Part shown: positions 49,896 to 58,189 of the stretch, one piece after another | How positions within the stretch are numbered: the stretch's first letter is position 1 | How the letters are laid out: each line of letters begins with the position of its first letter | Origin: Candidatus Spongiisociaceae bacterium | GTDB lineage: Bacteria; Actinomycetota; Acidimicrobiia; Spongiisociales; Spongiisociaceae | Assembly (NCBI GenBank): GCA_965202675.1 | Contig: OZ241842.1 | Coordinates: forward strand, 2,567,074 to 2,631,073 | DNA: 64,000 nucleotides | Direction: 5' to 3' | The notes under the pieces: model-generated | The model's database searches: none | The model's input: only the letters and a program-made list of their open reading frames with translations | What the model was told of the DNA's origin: nothing | Program-made: the position numbers and the translations under genes

Positions 49896-50698
49896 CAGGC
49901 CCCGTCCCCGGCCGGGGAGGGCTCACCGGAGTCGATGGCCAGGGTCAGCTCGTCGGCCAGGGAATGGAAGCCCGCGGCGGTCATCAGCTCCCGGCGGCGC
50001 GGGCGCCCGAAGGGGACGTCCCTGATGGCTTTGATCCGGCCCGGCCGCTCGGTGAGCACCACGATCCGGTCGGCGAGGAAGATGGCCTCGTCGACCGAGT
50101 GGGTTACCAGGATGGAGGTGATCGACTGCTCCGCCCAGATGTCCTGCAGCTCCAGGTTCATCCGGCGGCGCGTTACCGCGTCGAGCGCGCCGAACGGTTC
50201 GTCCAACAGCAACAGGTCCGGTTCGAGGGCCAGCGCCCGGGCGATGGCGATCCGTTGCCGCATCCCGCCGGAGAGCTGCTTGGGGCGGGCCCGCTCGAAG
50301 CCCTCCAGACCTACGAGCCGGATGAGAGAGGCAATCCGGTCGGCGTCCGGTTTGCCGCCCATCACCCGGAACGGCAGGGCGATGTTGCCCCACGCCGACA
50401 GCCAGGGCAGGAGGGCGTGCTCCTGGAAGGCCACCCCCAGCCGGTGGGCCGCCGCCAGCTCGGCGGGGAGGGCGCCGTTGACCTCCACCCGGCCCGAAGT
50501 GGGGGTTTCCAACCCGGCGAGCATGCGCAGGATGGTCGACTTCCCGCAGCCGGAGGGTCCGATGACCGCCACGAACTCCCCCTGCGCCACCGCCAGGTCG
50601 ATGCCGTCGACCGCCGTCACCGACTGCCGCCGGGAGAGGGGAAACCGTTTGGAGACCCCCTCCATCGAGATGGCCGGGCCCGGCGCGCCCCCGGTCAA
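49895..50698 (-). CDS. ABC transporter ATP-binding protein (SsuB/TauB-like)
   Basis: GPSGCGKS, LSGGMRQR, LLLDEPF, VTHS; start position uncertain. Confidence 0.92.
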   Translation of the reverse strand: MTGGAPGPAISMEGVSKRFPLSRRQSVTAVDGIDLAVAQGEFVAVIGPSGCGKSTILRMLAGLETPTSGRVEVNGALPAELAAAHRLGVAFQEHALLPWLSAWGNIALPFRVMGGKPDADRIASLIRLVGLEGFERARPKQLSGGMRQRIAIARALALEPDLLLLDEPFGALDAVTRRRMNLELQDIWAEQSITSILVTHSVDEAIFLADRIVVLTERPGRIKAIRDVPFGRPRRRELMTAAGFHSLADELTLAIDSGEPSPAGDGA

Positions 50699-50735
50699 CG
50701 GCCGCCCGACCGGGCCGGGCGGATGCACCGGACGC

Positions 50736-51695
50736 CTATACCGGGTCGAATGCGTCCACCTCCTCGAGAGCGTCGAGAACGGCAAGGTAGGCGAGGTCCC
50801 GCTTGCGCAGCACCTCGGCCTCCGTGCGGCCGCCGTAATCATAGAAGCCGGCGCCCGTCTTGGGGCCGTACTCGCCCCGTTCCACCGGCTCGGCCAGGTA
50901 GGGGGGAACGTCCAGGCCCATGCTGCGCCGGCCCTCGGCGATCAGGTCCAGCCCGTTGAAGTCGAGGCTCTGGAAGATGCCCGCCACGCCGAGGCGCAAC
51001 CCTACGCTGGCCTTTATCGCGAGGTCGATGTCGTGCAGACCGGCGGCGCCCTCCGCCATCAGCTCCTCGGCGGCGTCGGCCATGGCCATCATGATCCGGT
51101 TGGCGATGAAAGCCTCCGCGAAGCGGTCCATCACCAGGGGGAGCTTGCCGGCCCGTTCGAGCAGCCGGGCGGTCCAGCCCAGGGCCTCGGGGTCCGCGCC
51201 GGGGGCCCCCGCCACCTCCACCAGGGGGACGATGTGCGGCGGGGCGAACCAGTGGGCGCAGACGATCCGTTCCGGGCGGTTCAGGTCGAGCATCTCGTAC
51301 AGCTTCAGGCCGGAGGTGTTGCTCGCCAGCACCGTTTCCCCGCCGGCCGCCGCCTCGAGGACGGAGAACACCGCCTGCTTGGCCGCCGGGTTCTCGCTCA
51401 CGGCCTCCACCGCGAACTCGGCCCCCCCAGCTGCCTCCTCCAGGTCGGCGGTGCAGTGGATCCGCCGGAGCACCGCGGGGATCTCGGCGCGGGGCAGCCG
51501 CCCGGCCAGGGCCAGCGTCTCCAGATTGCGTTCGATCCGACGGGGGGCGGTCTCGAGCATCGACTCGTCGAGATCGGCCAGGCGGACCTCCATCCCGGCC
51601 TGCGCGAACACCTGGGCGATGGCGTGGCCCATCACGCCCGCCCCCGCCACGGCCACCGTCCCGACCTCCTCCGGCGCAGGCCTGCCCGACATCAT
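50736..51695 (-). CDS. 3-hydroxyacyl-CoA dehydrogenase family protein (carnitine dehydrogenase-like possible)
   Basis: GAGVMG, EAVSE, ASNTS, HWFAPPHIVPLVE, FIANR. Confidence 0.88.
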   Translation of the reverse strand: MMSGRPAPEEVGTVAVAGAGVMGHAIAQVFAQAGMEVRLADLDESMLETAPRRIERNLETLALAGRLPRAEIPAVLRRIHCTADLEEAAGGAEFAVEAVSENPAAKQAVFSVLEAAAGGETVLASNTSGLKLYEMLDLNRPERIVCAHWFAPPHIVPLVEVAGAPGADPEALGWTARLLERAGKLPLVMDRFAEAFIANRIMMAMADAAEELMAEGAAGLHDIDLAIKASVGLRLGVAGIFQSLDFNGLDLIAEGRRSMGLDVPPYLAEPVERGEYGPKTGAGFYDYGGRTEAEVLRKRDLAYLAVLDALEEVDAFDPV

Positions 51696-53107
51696 TCGGG
51701 CCCCGGCCCCCGCCTCCACGGTTCCAGCAGCGGGGCCAGCCCGGCCCGGCCCGCCAGTTCCGCCGCCCGCCCGTTCGCTTCCTCGACCACGGCGGCCTCG
51801 TCCACCTTGGTGCATCTGCCCTGCTCGTAGATCACCTCCCCGCCGACGATGGTGTGGGTCACGTCGGAGGGGCCGGTCGAGTAGACGACAGAGGCGACCG
51901 TGCGGTGCAGCGGGGCGTGGTGCGGGCCGGACTGGTCGATTACCACTAGATCGGCCAGCTTGCCGGGGGCGAGCACCCCGGCGTCTACGCCCATGTAGTC
52001 GGCTCCGGCCCTGGTGGCCAGCTCTATCGCCTCCTCGCCGTTCGACTCGACCGGGTTGCGGCTGTGCACCCGCTGGAGGAGCACCGCCTGCTTCATACAG
52101 GCGAACATGTCCAGGCGGTGGCCGCTGGCCCCGTCGAGGCCGAGGCCCACGTCGGCGCCGGCGTTCCGGAGGTCGCGCAGGCGCATCACCCCCAGGGCGA
52201 TGTACTGGTGGGAGATCGGGCAGTAGGCGATCCCGGCGCCCGCCTCGCCGACCAGCTCCACCTCCCGGTCGTCGAGGAAGATGCCGTGGGCCAGCGTGGC
52301 CTCGGGGCCCAGCAGGCCGCGCCCGGCCAGCCACTCCACGGGCCGGCTGCCGTACTCCTCGAGGTAGAAGACAGGGTCGTTGGCAGCCTCCGAGCAGTGG
52401 GAGTGCCAGCCGGTCCCTTCCTCCCTGGCCAGGGCGACCGCGTCGGCGACCAGCTCCTGGCCCACGTAGATGATGTTGAGCGGGGCGGGCCACACCCCCA
52501 CGCGGCTGTCCGGCGGGCGGGCCGCCATGGCCGCCCTGGTGATCTCGATCTCCTCCCGGTTCGAATACCGGAACAGCTCCCCGGCCAGGCCGTGCTTGGC
52601 GGCCATCCCGGTCGGCTCCCCGGTCATGCCCCTCGCCACCGCGCCCCGGAGGCCCGCCTCCTGGATCGCATCGGCCACCGCCAGCGTGGAGGCCAAGTCG
52701 GTGGGCGCAAAGTGGTTGTCGAGCACGGTCGTGACCCCCGACCGGGCCGCCTCGACGGCGCCGAGCTGCGCCCCGATCCGGGCTTCGGCCGGGGAGATGG
52801 CCGCGGTGACCGGCCACATGAAATCCGACAGCCAGGGCCAAAGCTCCAGGCCCTCGCCCAGACCCCGCATCAGGTACTGGAAGAGGTGCTGGTGGGTGTC
52901 GACGAAGCCGGGCAGCACCGCCTTGCCGGCGGCGTCGATGACCCGCCCGGCCCGCCAGCCCTCCAGGTCGGCGGCGGACCCCACCGCGGCGATCCGGTCC
53001 CCGACGACGGCGACCGCGCCGGGGTCGATGACCCTGCGCCGGTCGTCCACCGTAACCACCGCCCCGCCGGTAATCAGCAGGTCGCACTCAGGGGGTGTGG
53101 GGGTCAT
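51692..53107 (-). CDS. metal-dependent deaminase-like amidohydrolase, copy 2
   Basis: LPGFVDTHQHL, HSHCSE, AHG, GLDG; long identical stretches with 36748-38175 (WPAPLNIIY, IAYCPISHQYIALGVMRL). Confidence 0.88.
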   Translation of the reverse strand: MTPTPPECDLLITGGAVVTVDDRRRVIDPGAVAVVGDRIAAVGSAADLEGWRAGRVIDAAGKAVLPGFVDTHQHLFQYLMRGLGEGLELWPWLSDFMWPVTAAISPAEARIGAQLGAVEAARSGVTTVLDNHFAPTDLASTLAVADAIQEAGLRGAVARGMTGEPTGMAAKHGLAGELFRYSNREEIEITRAAMAARPPDSRVGVWPAPLNIIYVGQELVADAVALAREEGTGWHSHCSEAANDPVFYLEEYGSRPVEWLAGRGLLGPEATLAHGIFLDDREVELVGEAGAGIAYCPISHQYIALGVMRLRDLRNAGADVGLGLDGASGHRLDMFACMKQAVLLQRVHSRNPVESNGEEAIELATRAGADYMGVDAGVLAPGKLADLVVIDQSGPHHAPLHRTVASVVYSTGPSDVTHTIVGGEVIYEQGRCTKVDEAAVVEEANGRAAELAGRAGLAPLLEPWRRGPGPE

Positions 53108-53221
53108 GGAGCATCCTCACTGGTGTATAGGCCTGGTTTTGATCGTACAGGTTCAAGGGCCGACAGGCCGCCGACCGCCTCTCGGAGGCCGGGTAGGATC
53201 GGCCGGGCCATGATGCGCTCC

Positions 53222-54514
53222 ATGCGGCTCGAGGTGCGTTCCCTCCGCATCGAGGAGATCCGGCTCGGGGCCGCCGTTGCCCTGTCCGGCGGCGTCCTGA
53301 CCGTCTCCCCCGACGAGGTTGCCGAGGCCGTCCTCGCCGACCGCCGCATCGCCGATGTCGAGGTCGCCCTGGCCCAGCCGGGCGACGACGCCCGCATCGT
53401 CCATTGCCTCGACGCGGTCGAGCCCCGCACCAAACCGCCGGGGGAGGGGGCCGTGTTCCCCGGCTTCCTCGGCGGCATGGACACGGTCGGCGCGGGCGCC
53501 ACCGTCCGCCTCGACGGGGCGGCCGTGCTGGTGTCGAGCCGCTACCCCCGGCCCTTCTCCGGGCTGCTGCAGGCGCGCGAGGCGGTGGTCGACATGTCCG
53601 GCCCCTCCGCCGTCTACAGCCCGATGTCGCGGGTCCGCAACGTGGTGCTGGCGTGCACGCCGAACCCCGAAGCCGACAACGAGGACTACGACGACGCCGT
53701 CCGGCGGGCGGCCCTGAGAACCGCCGAGATGATCGCCCGCCGGGCCCTCGCCTGCGCGGCGGACAGCGGCGGGGCCTCCGGCTCCGAAACCACCGTCTTC
53801 GACTTTTCGGAATCCGACCCCCGCCTGCCCAACGTGGTGTACTTCTATCAGCTCCAGGGGCAGGGCCCCATGGCCGACACCTACCTGTACGGGCGGAACA
53901 TCCACAACCTGGTGCCCACGCTGATCCACCCCAACGAGGTGATCGACGGGGCGGTGGTCAGCGGCGTCCACGTGTACGCCTGCTACAAAAACCCCACCTA
54001 CCTCCACCAGAACAACCCCATCATCTGGGAGCTCCGGGCCCGTCACGGCCGGTCGCTGAACTTCGCCGGCGTCATAATCAACCGGGGCCACAACTACACG
54101 CAGGAGGACAAGGAGCGCTCGTCCCGGTGGGCGGCCAAGCTGGCCCGTATGCTGGACGCCGACGGGGCGGTGCTCACCGCCGAGGGCGGGGGGAACTCGG
54201 CCATCGACCTGATGCTGGCCTGCCGCTACATGGAGCAGGAGGGGATCAGGACGGTCGTCCTGTCGGGCGAGGGGCCCGGCGCCGACGGGTACGGCTTCCC
54301 CCTCTTCTACACCGCGCCGGAGGCCGACGCTGTGGTCAGCGTCGGCTCCGAGGACGAGACCGTCTCCATGCCCGAGGTCGGGCGGGTGATCGGCGGCGGT
54401 ACGCTGCTCGACGGGGAGACCCCGGCCCGCGGGCCGTTCGACCTGAAGATGTACTACCAGTACTGCGGGGTAAACCAGCTGGGCGGCGGCGCCCTCGCCG
54501 GGAAGGCCTTCTGA
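53222..54514 (+). CDS. grdE: glycine/sarcosine/betaine reductase component B proprotein (GrdE family), paralog 2
   Basis: MRLE.., DAVEPR, FPG, PTLIHPNEVIDGAVVSG..ACYKNPTYLHQNNP, EGGGN, EADAVVS. Confidence 0.9.
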   Translation: MRLEVRSLRIEEIRLGAAVALSGGVLTVSPDEVAEAVLADRRIADVEVALAQPGDDARIVHCLDAVEPRTKPPGEGAVFPGFLGGMDTVGAGATVRLDGAAVLVSSRYPRPFSGLLQAREAVVDMSGPSAVYSPMSRVRNVVLACTPNPEADNEDYDDAVRRAALRTAEMIARRALACAADSGGASGSETTVFDFSESDPRLPNVVYFYQLQGQGPMADTYLYGRNIHNLVPTLIHPNEVIDGAVVSGVHVYACYKNPTYLHQNNPIIWELRARHGRSLNFAGVIINRGHNYTQEDKERSSRWAAKLARMLDADGAVLTAEGGGNSAIDLMLACRYMEQEGIRTVVLSGEGPGADGYGFPLFYTAPEADAVVSVGSEDETVSMPEVGRVIGGGTLLDGETPARGPFDLKMYYQYCGVNQLGGGALAGKAF

Positions 54515-55821
54515 TGATCCGCCTGGTCCATTACCTCAACCAGTTCTTCGGAGGGGTCGGCGGGGAGGACAAGGCCGGCGCCCCCCTGCAGACGCACGAC
54601 GGGCCGGTCGGGTCGGGCCGGGCCCTCGCCGCCCTAGTCGAGGGGGAGGCCGAGATAGTGCGGACGCTGGTGTGCGGCGACAACGCCTTCCACGCCGATC
54701 CCGAGGCGAACCTGGAGGCCGCCCTGGCCGCCATAGCCGAGGCCCGCCCCGGTCTGCTGCTGGCCGGGCCGGCCTTCAACGCCGGGCGGTACGGGCTGGC
54801 GTGCGCGGCGGTGGGCGCGGGCGCGCAGGAGCGGCTGGGCGTCCCGGCGGTAACGGCGCTCCACCCCGGAGCCCCCGCGGTCGACGTGTACCGCAGCCGG
54901 GTGGTCATGGTGGCCGCGTCCGGCTCGGCCGCCGGCATGCGCCCGGCGCTGGAGGGGATGGTCCGGGTCGGGCTCCGCCTGGCCCGGGGCGGGGGACTGC
55001 TCCCCGCGGAGGAGGACGGGCGCATCCCCATGGGGTACCGGGCCGCCCGGGTCGATCCGGTCCCCGCGGCGGTCCGGGCCCTCGACATGCTGGCCGCCAA
55101 GCTGGCCGGCGCGCCCTACACCAGCGAGATCCCCCTCCCGCCCCGGGTCGAGCCGGTGCCCCCGGCGCCCGCCGTCCCCGACCTGTCGGCGGCGGAGGTC
55201 GCGATCGTCACCGAAGGCGGGTTGGTTCCCGAGGGCAACCCCGACCGGATCGAATCGTCCGGCGCCACCCGCTGGGCCCGCTACCCGGTTTCGATGATCG
55301 AGGCCGGGCGGCCCCGCTTCGGTTCCATCCACGCCGGATACGACTCGCGGTGGGTGGACGCCGACCCCAACCGGCTGGTACCCGTCGACGCCCTGCGCTC
55401 GCTGGAGGCGGAGGGCTTCATCGGCCGGCTCCACGAGCACGTATACGTAACGACGGGCACCGGCGCGGCGGTCGCCGACGCCGAGCGGATGGGCGGGGAG
55501 ATGGCGGAGGCGCTCCTGGCCGACGGGGTGCAGGCGGTGATCGCCACCAGCACCTGAGGGACGGGGACGCGTTGCGGGGCAACGCTATGCAAGATGATCG
55601 AGAAGCGCGGGATCCCCGCCGTCCTGCTCACCGCCATGACCTCCATGGCGCTGGCCGCGGGGGCCAACCGGATCCGCGCGTCGGGGCTGATCCCGCATCC
55701 GGCGGGCGACCCGTCCCGCGGCCCCGTCGAGGAGGCCGCCTGGCGGCTGGAGCAGGTGCGCGGGGCGCTGTCGGCGGCCGCCGCTACCATCGAAGAGGCG
55801 CACATATTCGCCGATTGGTGA
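54514..55821 (+). CDS. grdB: glycine/sarcosine/betaine reductase selenoprotein B, paralog 2 (Sec348, UGA at 55555-55557)
   Basis: VHYLNQFFGG, GPAFNAGRYG, GNPDRIES; readthrough gives ATST-U-GTGTRCGATLCKMIEKRGIP..GANRI..IPHPAGDP. Confidence 0.93.
55569..55585 (+). other. bacterial SECIS-like hairpin of grdB-2
   Basis: 11 nt after UGA: GCGTTGC-GGG-GCAACGC. Confidence 0.78.
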
Positions 55822-55861
55822 ACCGTCCGCCGCCCCCGACGACCCAGGAGAGCCGTTTCTG

Positions 55862-57292
55862 ATGCCTGCGCCCGCTCTCCTCGGCGCCTCCTACGCGCTG
55901 GCCCACGCCCCCGACCTGGTCCGGTACGGGTCGAAGCCGAGCCGGGAGGCGGCGGACGACCCCGGCCTGCTAGACCGGCTCAGCGGGGCGCTCCGCCCCT
56001 GGGGGGAGGTGGCCGCCTACCCGCCCAACCAGGCCTTCATAGGCAACCTCGACCCCCGCGACCTCGCCGCCGCCCCCCGCCCCTGGTACGAGAACCGGGT
56101 TGCGGACGCCCGGCCCGACGGTCCGTTCGGGCGCATCGTCACCCAGGCTTCCCTCTACGGGCTGATGAAGCTGTGCGACGACTTCGATCTGTTGGAAATC
56201 GACGAGGCCCTGGCCCGCCGGGCGCGGGCCGAGCTCATCGGGTTCGACCACCGGCGGGGGCGGATAACCGGCGCTGCGCCGCCGGAGCTCGAGCAGGCGG
56301 CCGGACAGGGCGGCGGCCTCGCCCTCCACCACGAGGGGAGGGCCGCCGGTTTCATCCGCTCCGCCCACCGGCGGGACGCGGCCCTGACCGCCCACGTGCT
56401 GCTCGAGAACCTGGCCGCCAAGGCCACCGCCGCGCTGGCGGTCTCCGACCTGCTCGGGCGGGCCGGCCCGGGGGCGGCGGAGCGGGTCGACTACCTGCTC
56501 AACAGCGGGGAGGAGGCGGTGGGCGACCGCTACCAGCGGGGCGGGGGCAGCCTGTCGAAGGCGGTCGGCGAGGCGGTCGGCTGCGTGAACGCCACCGGGT
56601 CGGACGTAAAGGCCTTCTGCGCCGCCCCGGTGCATGCCCTGCTCGCGGCGGCGGCGATGGTTGCGGCGGGCCTTCACGAGCATGTGGTGGTGCTGGGCGG
56701 CGGCTCGCTGGCCAAGCTGGGGATGAAGTTCGGGGCGCACCTCCGCAACGGGTCGCCGGTCATGGAGGACTGCCTGGCGGCGATGGCCTTCCTGGTCGGG
56801 CCCGCCGGGGGCGGCGCCGATGAGATGCTGATCCGGCTCGACCTGGCCGGCAAGCACCCGATCGGGGCCGGTTCGTCGGCCCGGGCCGTGTACGAAGCGT
56901 TGGTGGTCGAGCCGCTGGCGGGGGCCGGGCTCGGCCTGACCGACATCGACCGTTTCGCGGTGGAGCTCCACAACCCCGAGATCACCGAACCCGGCGGGAG
57001 CGGCGATGTGCCCCGCACCAACTACCGCACCCTGGCGGCTATGGCGGTGCTGCGGGGCGAGATAGGCCGGGAGGACATGGACGACTTCGTCGCGAAGAGG
57101 GGCATGCCCGGGTTCGCCCCCACGCAGGGCCACATCCCGGCCGGCGTGCCCTACCTGGGCCATGCGCAGCGGGCCATGCGCCGCGGGGAGATCGATCGGG
57201 CGATGATCGTCGCCAAGGGCAGCCTGTTCCTCGGGCGGATGACGCAGCTGGTCGACGGGGCGTCCTTCGTGGTGGAGCGGGCCGGCGCCTAG
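55862..57292 (+). CDS. grdC: glycine/sarcosine/betaine reductase component C beta subunit (FabH-like)
   Basis: YALAHAPD, YPPNQAFIGN, EEAVGDRYQRGGG, GSDVKAFCAAP, HNPEITEPGGSGDVP, PGFAPTQGHIPAGVP, KGSLFLGRMT. Confidence 0.92.
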   Translation: MPAPALLGASYALAHAPDLVRYGSKPSREAADDPGLLDRLSGALRPWGEVAAYPPNQAFIGNLDPRDLAAAPRPWYENRVADARPDGPFGRIVTQASLYGLMKLCDDFDLLEIDEALARRARAELIGFDHRRGRITGAAPPELEQAAGQGGGLALHHEGRAAGFIRSAHRRDAALTAHVLLENLAAKATAALAVSDLLGRAGPGAAERVDYLLNSGEEAVGDRYQRGGGSLSKAVGEAVGCVNATGSDVKAFCAAPVHALLAAAAMVAAGLHEHVVVLGGGSLAKLGMKFGAHLRNGSPVMEDCLAAMAFLVGPAGGGADEMLIRLDLAGKHPIGAGSSARAVYEALVVEPLAGAGLGLTDIDRFAVELHNPEITEPGGSGDVPRTNYRTLAAMAVLRGEIGREDMDDFVAKRGMPGFAPTQGHIPAGVPYLGHAQRAMRRGEIDRAMIVAKGSLFLGRMTQLVDGASFVVERAGA

Positions 57293-57433
57293 ATGGGTAG
57301 CTCCGAGGTTGCCATGACTAGAAAGGGTATATAATCATAGTTTAGATTGATTACAAAGCATATGATAACCAGGATGATGACGAATGAGCCGCTTAGCTTG
57401 GCTCCTCGGCGATTGGGCTGCGCCTGTAATCGG

Positions 57434-57494
57434 CGTGTTTCCGCGGTTGGTCGGCGGAAACAAAACCCTTATCCCTTGGAACTACCCATCTAGA
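57434..57494 (+). promoter_or_regulatory. conserved upstream element, copy 2 (copy 1 at 4464-4524)
   Basis: Core TCCCTTGGAACTACCCATCTAGA; ends 128 nt before the grdA ATG. Confidence 0.65.
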
Positions 57495-57622
57495 AATTCC
57501 GGCGGCAAGCGGGATTCGGACCGCATCGGGGTTAGCCTTCGGGACCGGCGGACGCTCTGCCTGCGCCGGTCTGCGTTGAAGTCGGGCCGCGGGGCGGCCG
57601 GCGATCGAGAAAGGAGGTCCGA

Positions 57623-58093
57623 ATGGACCTGAACGGCAAGCAGGTCGCGGCCATCGGCGAGCGGGAGGGGGTCAACGGACCCAGCCTCAAGCTGCTGGCC
57701 GAGTCGGCCGGCGCCGACGTGGTGTTCAGCGTTACCCAGTGCTTCGTCTGAACGGCGGGGGGCGCAATGGACCTGGAGGACCAGGCGAACGTAAACCGCC
57801 TGGCCGAGACTACCGGTTCGGACGGCATGGTCGTCCTGCTGGGCCAGCCGGACGCCAACAGCGCCGGTCTCTTCGCGGAGACGGTGACGAGGGGCGATCC
57901 GACCTGGGCCGGTCCATTGGCCGGGGTCCCGTTGGGACTCCCTGTGTATCACATACTGGAACCCGAGATAAAAGCCCAGATGGACGGTGATCTCTATGAC
58001 GAGCACGTCGGGCTCATGGAGCTATCGGCGGACGTCGACGAGATAATCAAATGGGTGGCCTTCTACCGCGACGACGGGGAGGGCGCCCCCTGA
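57623..58093 (+). CDS. grdA: glycine/sarcosine/betaine reductase selenoprotein A (Sec43, UGA at 57749-57751)
   Basis: AAGGAGGT RBS; MDLNGKQVAAIGEREG..TQCFV-U-TAGGAMDLEDQ..ETVTRGDPTWAGPLAGVPLGLPVYH; 156 aa. Confidence 0.95.
57772..57785 (+). other. candidate SECIS hairpin of grdA
   Basis: CCTGG-AGGA-CCAGG starting 20 nt after UGA. Confidence 0.5.
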
Positions 58094-58105
58094 CGGGCGG
58101 TCCGG

Positions 58106-58133
58106 CCCGCACCCCGTGAAAAGGGCGTGCGGG
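58106..58133. terminator. hairpin between convergent grdA and the ADH gene
   Basis: CCCGCACCCC-GTGAAAA-GGGCGTGCGGG imperfect stem. Confidence 0.45.
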
Positions 58134-58189
58134 TCAGGACGGCATTGATGTTGCCGCCTGCTCGGACCGCGAAGCGCCGCCCCCGTCGG

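Noticed and set aside
55594..55821. Small standalone ORFs 55594-55821, 40196-40378 and 57767-58093, or a pseudogene reading of grdA/grdB
   Set aside because: They are the post-UGA parts of selenoproteins; each UGA is at the conserved Sec position and is followed by a hairpin.
57293..57622. tRNA-Sec or other tRNA in the grdC-grdA gap
   Set aside because: No cloverleaf, T-loop (GTTCGA) or TCA anticodon arm could be found by eye.
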